Shown piece after piece: positions 10,151-21,100 of a DNA stretch of 64,000 nucleotides. Each line of letters opens with the position of its first letter. Positions within the stretch are counted from its first letter, which is position 1. The DNA is from Amoebophrya sp. A120 (taxonomy: Eukaryota; Protista; Dinoflagellata): assembly GCA_905178155.1 (NCBI GenBank), contig CAJINV010000011.1:369914-433913 (forward strand). Direction: 5' to 3'. The notes beneath the pieces were generated by a model, which saw only the letters and a list, made by a program, of their open reading frames with translations, searched no databases and was not told the origin of the DNA. Both the position numbers and the translations under genes were made by a program.

Positions 10151-12790
10151 TTAGTTGTTTCCGCTCCGGCTCCCGGTGCTGTTCCTGCGGCCGGCACTGG
10201 GCGTGGGGTCGCGGAACTGCACTTTCTTTTCCTTGTTTTTCTTACCCGCTTTGTCCCCCATCCCGTCCGTCTGCCTGCAGTGCGACAGCAACACGTCTTT
10301 CCAGGTGACCTCGGTGCAGATCAGGTCTTCGAAGGGCGGGGAGCCTAAATCGCGGATGTTGACCACGTGGTGGAAGCGGCACTTGCCTTCGCCCCGGTTG
10401 CAGGCATTGCGTGCCGAATCGCGGCAGAAACAAGAGGGAGACCCTTGGTTTGATAACCAGGCGCTTTGTACTGGGCACGGTTGTACATACCCTTGTCCGG
10501 TCACCGTCCAGAAGACGTATTTGTTCAGCTTGGTATCCCATTGACCGAGCTCCTTGCACTTGGTGGCCAGCTTCCGCGAGTAGACCGGGTCTTGCTCGCT
10601 GGTGGGTCCCGCACACAGGGCTTCCACAGCCGCTTTCGTGATGGGTTCCTTTCCAGCCAGCGCTTCCTTCTGGTCCTGGTACCCCTTCTGCGGCTGCGGG
10701 TTGAGCGTGATCTGCCCCTTGTTGGGCTTAGGCCGCTTGTCCGTTTTTCCGCGCTTCGATTCGTGGTTCACTTCCTCGTCCTGCTGCTGTCCCAGGGGGT
10801 GCAGTCCCATCTGCTGCTGCTGCTGCTGCAGGTAGTTCAGGTTATCCGGGTAGTTCGTTCCCCCCACCTGCGTGTGCGTATTGTTCTGGTTTCGCCCACC
10901 GCCAGCATGCGGATACAGCGGCAGCAATGTGTGGCCGCCCGCGGAAGTGTCGTTGTTGTTGTAGCGCTTGTTGGACTTGCGTCCAAAAGCCTGTTTCCGC
11001 TGTTCAATCATCTCGACGATCATGTGCAGACCGTGGATCAACTGCGTAGCCACTTTTGTGGTGTCCGGTTTTTGTTTCATGGTCTGCACGGCCGGCGAGT
11101 ACCACTGCGAGATCAGAATCTCCGGGTTCACCTTACACAGGTGTACCGCAACTGGCACTACGTGAAACACCATGTGCGGCATCGTGATCGCATTCAACCG
11201 GTGTTTCACTGGTTCTAACATTTCCGCGGCTTCCGCTGGTCCCGTACCGTCGAGGACAGCAATCGCGAGCTTCGCGATCTCCGCCGTGACCGGAAAACGC
11301 GCCGGGTCGCGCACAAAGGTTTCCGTGATGCACACTTCCATGTGCGTGTCCAGCGGGCTCTGGTCCACCTGCCGTTTGAGCTGTAACAGCGAGGCCACGT
11401 TGATTGCTGTTAGCAAATCCCTGTCGAAGTCCGGCGACACTCTCTCGAGTGTGCGTTTTTGCACTTCCAGCATCACCTGCAGGCACCCCGTGGTCTCGTG
11501 GGTCGTCAGCCCTTTGCCAGATTTCCAGCCTGCGATGCTGAAGCAGCTGACTACGTTGCCGTTCGGGTTGATCAGCGTGTTCTGCGGTTTCGGCAGCGGT
11601 GTTGATGCGAGTTGGATGTCGCTCCACACCCCATTATCCCCCGCCAGCGCCATAGCAATGCGGGCGACCTCGCTTTGTTGTTCCGTACAGGTCTGGAGGA
11701 ATTTGTGCATAAAGCAATTTGGCTGTACGTGGATGTATTTCGAAATTTTTCGCAGCCTGGCAGCCCGATCGGTGTCGTCTTTGCAGCCTTGCAACGCGTT
11801 CGAGATGCTCTGGCTGTACATTTTCGATTTCAAGTCGCTGGCGCGGCTTCCCCAGACCGGCTCGGCCCAGGCGCCCGGCGTGTTCACCCACGGCTTTTTC
11901 TTCCACTCCGTCGCTGCTCCTTCGCGGATTCGCTGCGCCGGCGAAACGCCGTCCTCATCCGGCATTTCGCCCTGCAAGTTCACCCATCCATAGAGCTCGA
12001 AGTACATCCATGGCGAGTGGGGGTTGTCTCCCCGCGCATTGAAGTGTTCCTCTTCGCCCGTTCGCCATGGTCCCTCTGGCTCCTTGGCGGAGCGGTAGTT
12101 GACCGCGTTCGTGGTTTTGTTGGCGGAAACTTCTTCACGCTCGGTTTTCACCGCGGCTAAAATTTCCTCTTTCTGCTGCCGCATGGCTCGTGTCAACTGC
12201 TGGACGAAGTTCGGGACATTGACGTTTCCGTTGGCATCCCCCTGGAGGGCTTGGATGAGTGCGCCCATCCCGGCTTCATTTTCGCTCGCAGAAGATATCG
12301 TTGCCTGTTTCACCTTTGTCATGTCAGATTGTTCCGGCGGCGGCGGCGGCACGCCCGCCGATCCCCCAGCAAAGGCGATTCCACTGCCCGCTGCTGCGGC
12401 GCTGGGGGCGATAACAATCGTGCTCTTGGTTGTGGTGCTGCTCTGCACCCCTGCGGTGGTCGTCGTGCCCACGAACAGCTGCTGTCCGTTTGGCACGATG
12501 GCAAACGGGGAGGCCGTGTTCTCATTGTTCTGTTCGTCCGGCTGCGTAAAGCTGCCTCCGAGGCCCTGCTTTTCCGCCTCGGCGCCTGCGCTCACCTCCT
12601 GTTGTTCTTCTTCTTTTTCCCGTTCCAGCTGTTGTTCCTCCTCCAGCTTGCGTTGTTCCTCTCGGAGCTGTTCCACTTTGAGGCGTATTTCCTCTTTTTT
12701 GCGTTCGCGCTCAGCCTGCTGTTCCTGGCGCTGCAGTTTTTCTTCCTCCTCCAGTTTTTTCTTGCTTCTCCAGCGCGTCCTCCATTTCCT
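10151..12790 (-). CDS. Gag-like ORF, C-terminal part (coiled coil; CCCH zinc finger)
   Basis: ORF track 10151..12676; the frame is open upstream to ~12793. CRDSARNACNRGEGKCRFHH is a CCCH-type finger, as in Ngaro-like gags. Confidence 0.75.
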   Translation of the reverse strand, partial: RKWRTRWRSKKKLEEEEKLQRQEQQAERERKKEEIRLKVEQLREEQRKLEEEQQLEREKEEEQQEVSAGAEAEKQGLGGSFTQPDEQNNENTASPFAIVPNGQQLFVGTTTTAGVQSSTTTKSTIVIAPSAAAAGSGIAFAGGSAGVPPPPPEQSDMTKVKQATISSASENEAGMGALIQALQGDANGNVNVPNFVQQLTRAMRQQKEEILAAVKTEREEVSANKTTNAVNYRSAKEPEGPWRTGEEEHFNARGDNPHSPWMYFELYGWVNLQGEMPDEDGVSPAQRIREGAATEWKKKPWVNTPGAWAEPVWGSRASDLKSKMYSQSISNALQGCKDDTDRAARLRKISKYIHVQPNCFMHKFLQTCTEQQSEVARIAMALAGDNGVWSDIQLASTPLPKPQNTLINPNGNVVSCFSIAGWKSGKGLTTHETTGCLQVMLEVQKRTLERVSPDFDRDLLTAINVASLLQLKRQVDQSPLDTHMEVCITETFVRDPARFPVTAEIAKLAIAVLDGTGPAEAAEMLEPVKHRLNAITMPHMVFHVVPVAVHLCKVNPEILISQWYSPAVQTMKQKPDTTKVATQLIHGLHMIVEMIEQRKQAFGRKSNKRYNNNDTSAGGHTLLPLYPHAGGGRNQNNTHTQVGGTNYPDNLNYLQQQQQQMGLHPLGQQQDEEVNHESKRGKTDKRPKPNKGQITLNPQPQKGYQDQKEALAGKEPITKAAVEALCAGPTSEQDPVYSRKLATKCKELGQWDTKLNKYVFWTVTGQGYVQPCPVQSAWLSNQGSPSCFCRDSARNACNRGEGKCRFHHVVNIRDLGSPPFEDLICTEVTWKDVLLSHCRQTDGMGDKAGKKNKEKKVQFRDPTPSAGRRNSTGSRSGNN

Positions 12791-14039
12791 TTTTCACCAT
12801 GGCCTCGTGTTCCTCCTGCGTCGGCAGCGTATCCAGCGCGGTGTCTCGCGGCAGGAGCAGTTTGGAGAGACCATGCTCATCCGGGTACATGTCATTGAGG
12901 CCTTTTTCCTCAGGGTCGGCTAGCGACTTGATCTTGACCATGCCCTGATAGACCCGCTCTTTCAGCACGCGCTGCTCCATGTTGAAACGTTCCCGCTCCT
13001 TTTCTTTTTCAACGCGGTCTTGTTCCTCTTTTTCCTTTCTGATGCGTTCTTCCTCCTTCCGCTGCGCTTCCACGGCGTCCGCATCAGCCATTTGCTCAAG
13101 CATCTGCCGCTTCGCCTCCAGCTCCGACATCTGCTCTTCCGCCTTCTTTTTCCCTTCCTCGAGCAGCGACTCCATGGACTGGAGGTTCGACTCCTTGGGG
13201 TTAAGGTTTTTCTCGCGCTCCTGGAGTTCTTTTTCCTTCAACTGCTGCAGTTCCTTCGCGCGCTTCGCTCGCAGTTTTTCCTTCTCCAACCGCGCGAAGT
13301 ACTCCTCCATGCAGTCGTCTTCCTCGGAGTCGTTTTTGTCGTCTCCGAGGTCGCCGTCGTTTTTGTAGGTGAAGCACGCGCGGATGCGGACATCCCCTTC
13401 GTGGTTCGCCGTGAAGCAGATCGGCCCGTGGAAGCTGGTGTCGGGAACCTGCTGTGCCTGGTCGACAGCAGTGTCGATCCAGGTCTTCAACAGCTTGTCC
13501 TTTTTCATGCTTTTTACATCCGCCTCTTTCTTGACGTCGGCCTCCACCAGCAGTTTTTTCAGCTGCTTGACGTTGAGGTCACGCAGCAGCACCCAGGTGT
13601 CATCCGTGTTCTCGTCCAGCAGCGTGGTTTTGGCGAGACACAGCAGGATGCAGAACTTGTGGTGCAGTTTTCCGTTTACCACCCGTCCCGTGATGGTTCC
13701 CGTCACCGCCGGGTCGTTCACCGCCGAGCTCTTGTAGTAGTGGACGTCGTTTTCGCGCGGGAAGGCGAAGTTCGTTTTTCCCTCTCCGAGCTCGTTCACC
13801 CGCTGCTCCTGCAGCAGTTCCAGTGCGGCTGTCGTCATGTCGCCGTTTCCGAAGAGGATGGCTGCACGGTTCACCTGCTGTTTCTTCTCCGCGGTGGCCG
13901 CGTTGTACGCCGCGTACCACTTCTCCAGCACTTTCTTCACTCCGCGCGCAGCAGACAGGTCCGCCAGGCAGAACTGGAACAGTTCCTCCGCGGTCTGCGG
14001 CGCCGCGTTGCCGACCGGTCCTTCCGGGAATTTCAACAT
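12711..14039 (-). CDS. Gag-like ORF, N-terminal part (SAP/HeH-like motif, coiled coil)
   Basis: 442-aa ATG-initiated ORF; LRDLNVKQLKKLL...MKKDKLL resembles SAP/HeH. The E/K/Q coiled coil continues in the +1 frame. Confidence 0.7.
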   Translation of the reverse strand: MLKFPEGPVGNAAPQTAEELFQFCLADLSAARGVKKVLEKWYAAYNAATAEKKQQVNRAAILFGNGDMTTAALELLQEQRVNELGEGKTNFAFPRENDVHYYKSSAVNDPAVTGTITGRVVNGKLHHKFCILLCLAKTTLLDENTDDTWVLLRDLNVKQLKKLLVEADVKKEADVKSMKKDKLLKTWIDTAVDQAQQVPDTSFHGPICFTANHEGDVRIRACFTYKNDGDLGDDKNDSEEDDCMEEYFARLEKEKLRAKRAKELQQLKEKELQEREKNLNPKESNLQSMESLLEEGKKKAEEQMSELEAKRQMLEQMADADAVEAQRKEEERIRKEKEEQDRVEKEKERERFNMEQRVLKERVYQGMVKIKSLADPEEKGLNDMYPDEHGLSKLLLPRDTALDTLPTQEEHEAMVKKEMEDALEKQEKTGGGRKTAAPGTAG

Positions 14040-14929
14040 GGTTACAGCGTGGTGGTGTGTGTGCGGTGTTGAGGAAAGGTTTTAGAATTTAGGGTTAGCT
14101 TTGCTTGTTCGATGTTGTCTGCTCTTGGACTTTACAAAAACTCTTTGGCTTCTAGTTCTAGAACTAAGTGAGTTTTTATTCGCGTTTTAAAGTGGGTGTT
14201 AATACTCGCTAGAGTAAAAGTTTTTTGGTATCGACTTAACAGTCAGTACCTTCGGCCTGCGTTCGGTTGCGATTCAAACAGCTGCTTGTGGTTGGATCTG
14301 TGATCTACGTTTTCGCTCTTAGCATGCTCTATCTTCTATTCGTATACGTACTCGGTTTCTTCTGTCATGCTCCCTGTCATGCTTGCCCCTGTAATGCTCG
14401 GCATTGCCTCAACTGCCTCTATAGTTGTCTTACGTTCGCTATCGAGTTTCGATCTCGCACGCGCTCTTTCGATTTGATCTGATTTTTGATCGTGCACTTG
14501 CGTGCATGCCAACAAGGCATTTCCCACTAAGCTTGCCCAGACGCCCGGTGCCCGTGCTCAGCACACCGGCGCGTCTCGTCGGCCATTCGGAGTTCCGTGT
14601 TTTCCCTGGAGTTCACCATCAGAAGCGGCTCACCCAGAGGGCGCAAGTATGGCGTTATGCCGCCATCTAACCCTGGGGCCGAATCTGGCTGTCCCCCGGT
14701 GCCACCCGGGTTCCTGTGTTGCCGTTTACGACATGCGTTTGTATTTCCTGTGTCGGCCCGCTGTCGCGCCGCGGGTGGCCCCCGGCTCACTTTCGTGAGA
14801 CCGGGTTTGCCATTAAGCGAGCAACGCTTGCCGGCAGCCAGACACACACATCCGCGGGGGACGGCTCGTCCCCCCGATGCCCTCGGTGCCTTCCCCGTGC
14901 TGTTAGCGTACAAGCACGAGGAGGCAGGA

Positions 14930-15166
14930 ACAAACTTCACGATGTTGCCGCGCCGCAACGTTCGCGAGGTTCCCCGAGCGGAAACACCAACTAACCAACA
15001 GCAGTGTGTTCATGTGGACATACGCGTTTGCGTTCGTTGTGCGTGCAAATATCGATCGATCGAATCTCACTGATTGCTATAAACCCGATTGCTACTGGGA
15101 TGGAATGCACTTACTCGAATTGCATTACAGACTATACCTGGCGGACATTGGCTCGTGGCGCAGGCT
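14930..15166 (-). repeat. Split direct repeat A1 (237 bp, 5' terminus of element)
   Basis: Near-identical to 6824-7060; ends in CT next to the host exon. Confidence 0.95.
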
Positions 15167-18100
15167 TCTGTTGTCATCTTCATGGTCGTGCCCTCTTCAG
15201 GATGATTTTCAAGCTGAGGACAAGAAGCTGCTCCTGCACGACGTCGCCTGTTGACGACCCGCCTCGACGCGGCTCCTCCACCATCGCCACATGCATGTTC
15301 TGGGTTCAAAACGCGGTAAGAGGGACGAGCCTGGTATATTTTTCATACGTAGTGGACAGTTCAACATCTATCATGTACTTCGGATCGCGGGTTGTCGTTC
15401 TCGCAAATAGAAGCAGGTTTCTATTGATACTTACATTTCATGTTCTAGGTGGATGGTACAATTCTACAAGATAGATTTTCGTATAAAAATATTCGTATAT
15501 ACCTTCCGCTTCTCTACTTCCCCGATCGCCTTTTTCCAGAGCGCGTCGACCCCCTTACTGCCGGAAATCGTGTGCCACCGCACGCGCTTGCGCAAAAACA
15601 GCTTCTGCCTGTACTTTTCCTCCGGATCTTCTAATGGGTTTATCATGGATCCTGTACTTTCTCGACCTGCCTCGAGTTGGTCCACAACCATCTCAGTGTC
15701 CTCGCGTGGGTCCTCGTCCTCGTCGTCCCGCGGCACGACCTCCCGCTCGAAACTCAAGTACAGCTTTTCCGCCCCGGTCTCTGCACAGATCCCCCGACGC
15801 AGTTCCAGATTCTGGAAATAATCCAGAGCTTTATCCCCGACTTTATTCTGAAGATCTTCCCTGGTGTCGTTTTCGACATTTTCTGTCGCGATCATCAGTT
15901 TCTTTGTGCATTGGTCGAGCTGCAGCCGGCCGGTGAAGCTGTAGAGTAAACTTGTTTTTCCTCCGGCACAACGGTTGGAATAAAATTCCAAAAGTTTCCA
16001 CGGTTTCTGTTTTTCCCCGGAAAAAACCAGATTGTCCGGGCGGAGCGAAAACTCCCCGCAGTTTGGGAGGTGCAGATGGTACTTTTTCCGCCCATACGGC
16101 AGTCGGCACTGTCGCTCGCAGACCGTGCGCTCCAAGGGCGTGCCGTGCGAGGTACCAGTTTTGATGTCCGATAAAAAGTTATGTTCGAGGTGCTTCTTAA
16201 ACTCAGGATGGTCCCGAGCGTATTTTTGCGGGTCGAAAGAAGCGGGAGATGACGAGGAATATGGATCGCAAAAATGTCTGGGTCTGGAAGATTGCAACTT
16301 GTCATGCTAAATCCGAATTTTGGAGAAATCTGTGTTGCATGAGTGCCAAAAGCTGTCCCCTTTTGACCAATTTGAGAGGGAGTTTCTCATGCAGGAAAGG
16401 CATGATAGAGACCTCAAAGATTCTGTCATGCTGGGTCTCGCATTCCAGACCTAATGGGACATGGAAAACCTGCATCACAAATCTTGCATTCTTCCAGACC
16501 CAGACATTTTTGCAATGCATAAGGAAGAGCCTGGTTCAATGTTATCGTCCACAGTAACAAATCTCGCCAAGTTCTCCGCGAGCGTGTGTAGTTTAGAAGG
16601 TGTTGCACTACTTCCAGTTGTTCTCGTTTTATTTATTCCAGCCGAGGTTCCACTAGCTGCCATACTGTTGATGTTCATCTTCTCTTCGATAATGTGCAAA
16701 GCGGAAATCTCGCCCCGCATAGCGGTACACACGACGCCGCTGGAAAGGTGGTTCGTTGCTAACGGCTGTCGTTGTGCCATGGAAGACTTTAATACGTCAA
16801 GACCGTCGCAATTGCTGGTTTTCGTCGTGTTCTTCGCAGCAGTTGGTACCGACGCGGCCTTCAGGCACGGTAGGGAAATCTCCTGCCCATTTGGCAAGAT
16901 GGCTGCGCGTCTGTTGGAATCGACGCGGACTGCGATACCCGTCATCGCGCGAAGAAGCTTGCCGTACTGGGCAACGACCTGTATAATTTCATTGCGTCGG
17001 GTTGTTCCTTGTAACATTACGTGCTAACATGTCTGTTTCATTTTTTACGACAAAATCATTCAAGTTTGACTGTGAATAATCGTAGAAAGACGCATTTCCT
17101 TCACCATCTCTATGCCAAACACTACGGCACACTACGACTTCAAGCGTATTTATTTTGCTTCAAAATTACCACTTTGCGTGCACTTGTATCAGTCGCCAAT
17201 TTGGCTTTCAAAAACCGACTGTAAAATCCATCATACCCTCGTGTTTCATGAATATACAAATTCATAAAATCCACCATACCGTGGTGATTCAAGTCTTACG
17301 TATAATTTTTCACACATACTATAAAGATTTTTTTATCAACAACATTGCAAATCAAATCAAACGTCAAAGACGAATACAGTGTCGAATGCCTGTACAAAAA
17401 AACTACGTCTTAGCTTATACCTCCTCTCCGTCGCGGTGATGCAGCCCCGCCCAGGCGGGCAACGCAGGGAGCACACTGTTCATTGCAAGTACGTTCTTCA
17501 AGATCAGCTTTTTTTCCGCCCAACTTTCCTCCCAAAGCAACATCGGCAGCGGGTGGACAACAGAAGCCGGCACTAGTCCACCACGACCTTGTTTATTGCC
17601 CGTTGTAACTTTTCCCCCACGAGAACCACCAGCGAAATCCTGCAGTTTCACATTCCCGAGAGCTCGCACTTCCGCTTTTTCGTACAGCGATCCCGACACC
17701 CGGATTTTCTCCACGGAAACCCGCGTCCGGGTTGCGATCACAGTACAAACTTCCTCCACGGTGGGAAGGTCCCGCGCTGGGGGGAGCGGGGAAAGCGGTA
17801 GGGGGCAAAAATACAACTGCGGGTCGGAGTCCATCTTCTTCCCGGGACTACCATTTGGTCCTCGTGCAGCTGTGGGTCGCGGATTTTGAAAAACCTGAGC
17901 TGGTTTATTCATGGTCTCCTTGATGGTGGTCTCCTCGTGGTTTTTTACCTCCACAAACTCGACAGAAACTTTCGGTGGCTGGAACAACGCTTGCAGGACC
18001 GCCTGCTGGAAGTGCGTCTGGGCCGGCACGTGCAGAAAGATCTTCGCAGTTGGATCGTAGTACAACACGTGACTGTCAGGAGCTCCAGTGTAGTACGCCG

Positions 18101-21100
18101 AAGTCTTGAAGATGCCGTGTCTCTGCTTCCACAGCTCAACATCCGAGCTGCCAGAATTTTCCTCCCACATGGTTTCCAGCATCACCAGCTCGTCTGTGTT
18201 CACGTTCTGGGTGCGGATGACGTCCCGCAGTAAATTTTGGTACGTCTTCTTCACTGTCAAATGCGAAAATGTCTGGGTCTGGAAGAGTGCAAGTTTGTCA
18301 TGCTTGTTTCGCGTGACTCTTTAACTGTCATGCACATTACCCAAGAGCCCCACTTTTCTGTCATGCAGAAACGCAGTTTGTCATGCAGAATAGGCAACAC
18401 CTAGAAGCTCAGAAACTTGTCATGCTGAGCCAGCACTTGTGGCCTCCTCATGATACGCCACTCAGCATCACAAGTTTCCAGACCCAGACATTTTTGCATT
18501 TGATAATCACCTCCGTTTCGTCCAGGAGCACAAGCTTTTCGGGTCGCACCGTGCTGATTAGGTTATGGAATACAAAAATGTCTGGGTCTGGAACAAAGCA
18601 GCTTGTCATGCTAAATCTGAATCATGTAAAAATCTGTGTTGCACGATTACCAAAAGCTGCTCACTTTTGACCTAATCGAGCGGCAGTTTCTCATGCAGGA
18701 TAGGCACGATAGAACTCTCACAGAATCTGTCATGCTATGTCCTACATACCAGACTTCATGAGTCATGGAAAACCTGCATGACAAGTCTGGCATTCTTCCA
18801 CACCCAGACATTTTTACATTTGATACTGGTTCGCAGCGGACGAAAGGCTGTACAGGTCTTCGTATAGCGGTTCCATGTCAGACTGGCGGCCACAAGAACC
18901 TCCTAGCAACGACGATGGCTTCACTTCGAAGCAGCCGGGAAGAAGTGGATCAGAAGCAGTACGAGCGCCAACAGAAGTAGTGCCGGACGATGAAGTGGAG
19001 TCCGATGCAGGTTTGTTGGTCATATTTGCGTTCCACGGGTTGTCGTCGATGCCGCTGAGCCAGTACTGGTTGATCTGTCGGCAGGAAGCTACAAAACGCG
19101 CAACACTGCTAAAACCGGGAGACGAAGTCGTACCGGGAAGGCTGAAAAGTCCAGCGACCGGGTTGTTCTGGATCACGCTGCTGATAGGCTGATCGTTCAC
19201 CGCCAGAATTAGATCACCTTTAATTTCATCGAAAAACTACAGTGATGTCTTTTACTCAGGAATTGGCTTCTAATATCGAACGAATCTAAAAATTCGAAGT
19301 AGGACACCAGTAAAATGTAAAATTCAGTAAATCAATCATCCACTACATGCAACAAACGAATATATCGAAAAGAACTACTATAGAGGCGACACAGAAGATC
19401 TTGTCGCATCGATCTGACAGCTCTAGCTACACATCGGTTCTTGTAAGAAGTACCTCGCTTCAAACAAGCTGCCAAGGGATACGTTTCCAGGTCCAAGTTG
19501 TCTGACGTTACAGTCGTGTCGTACGGCCAGTTCACAGCCACCACGAGCAAAGCGATCTGGTGGCTCCGTGCTAACGGGGTCGGGACTGCATTCTGCATGT
19601 TCTTAATACCGGAGAAAAATTTACTGCTCTCCTTGACACGCTGACCTTCTGCGTCAGGACCACCTGCGGTAGAAGTAGAGACCTTGACGGCCTGCACCTG
19701 CAAGGCGTTCCAAATACAGTTGGCGTTGATGTCAATGTCGGGGTTCTGTGCGAGCAGGCGTTTTTTCAACACGTTTGCCTCTTCCACCCGCACTTCCCCG
19801 TCGCGCTTCTATGCAAGAAAAAAGCTGTGTCAGTGTAACTCTGTGATGCAGAAAATGCAAAACAATTACACTTGTCATGCTCGACATGCATGATCGGCTC
19901 CCTTCCTAGGTGTTTTCCCTTCCTATCTGCGCATAACAAGTTTTTCCCGTCATGACAGACAAACTTGTGATGCAGTTTTCCCAAAAGACTTACACTAACA
20001 CAGTTTTTTTCTTGGATACCTTCACCGTGAAGGATAATGTCGCCCGGTCTTCTCGGTGGTATCGCTCACTGGTTTTCTTTGCGAACTCCATGGCCTGCAT
20101 GTGGAAGTTTTTGCAATCCGTGCCAGCATCGATGGTCTCGCGCAGCTCGTCGCACGAGAGTATGATGCGGTACTGCTTCTTCTTCATCTTCATCTCGGGG
20201 GCGGTGTTTTGCTTCTCCAAATGTTGATCTGGGGCAAGGAAGATAGAAGGTAGGTAATATTTCGACAGCGATATGATCAGTGAGTGCACAAAATACTTGT
20301 CCCCTTGTTGACTTCGCGCTTCTTCACCGGGCATCAACAAAACTGTCACAGTGTCGTGACATTCAGCAAGAGACTCTACGATATTGATTTCATCTCAAGA
20401 TCACACCCTATCAGCTGCACTGGTGCGAAATCGAAATGCTATATACTAGGTAAAAAAAAGCAGCAACCCCAGATGAAAAAGTCAGCAAACCTGCTTCTTG
20501 TGCCAGTCGCTGACAATAGTTGGCCAACGGATTGTTCTGCAGCAAAAGTGGAGATGAAGTGGACTTCTCCCCCTGCTTCGTCGAATCTGCGGTCGTGTTG
20601 TCCTGCTTCTCCTTGTCGTTTTTCAACCCAGAAGAAGTAGCTGCATCATGGTCCTCCTCCTCTTTCACCACGTCCCCTTCCAACATAACCTTGGTGCAGC
20701 TTCGCAAACTCTGCACGATCAAGCGCTGGGACAGAACGTACACGAGGCGAAACCGAAAGATCTGCTGCAGTTGCAGTACCGGCGTCGCCACGTCGAACAC
20801 GGCGATGTCCTCATGCTCGTCGCGACGCGTGCAAAGATGGGGGGGTCGTTGCTGCCAGAAAAACAACCGAATGTCCTTGGTCGCCCTGAAGAACATTTGG
20901 TCAACAAGTTTATTCTATACAGAGCACCAGATCGAGATCATGATGTTGTTTTCAGAACCCTGTAGGAGGTGCTGCAGGATATCATCAGTTTCAGTATAGC
21001 TCCTATCCTCCTCAACCACAACCAGTCTACTATTGATGCATGACAATAAACAAGAATGGCTGCCGACAGAAAGCATGTTGACGAGCACAGACACAGTCTT

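Larger units (their letters stand above)
3857..15166 (-). mobile_element. Tyrosine-recombinase retrotransposon (DIRS/Ngaro/PAT-like) with split direct repeats A1-gag-YR-B1-A2-RT/RH-B2
   Basis: Contains gag (CCCH finger), YR and RT-RNaseH ORFs. A repeats at 14930-15166 and 6824-7060; B repeats at 7059-7508 and 3857-4306. The CT dinucleotide is shared by both ends and the internal B/A junction; no other TSD. Confidence 0.93.

Noticed and set aside
14361-14410. TGTCATGC/TGTAATGC repeats in the retroelement leader as an introner
   Set aside because: No convincing TIR pair or 5-bp DR; may just encode S-M-T repeats in a short ORF.
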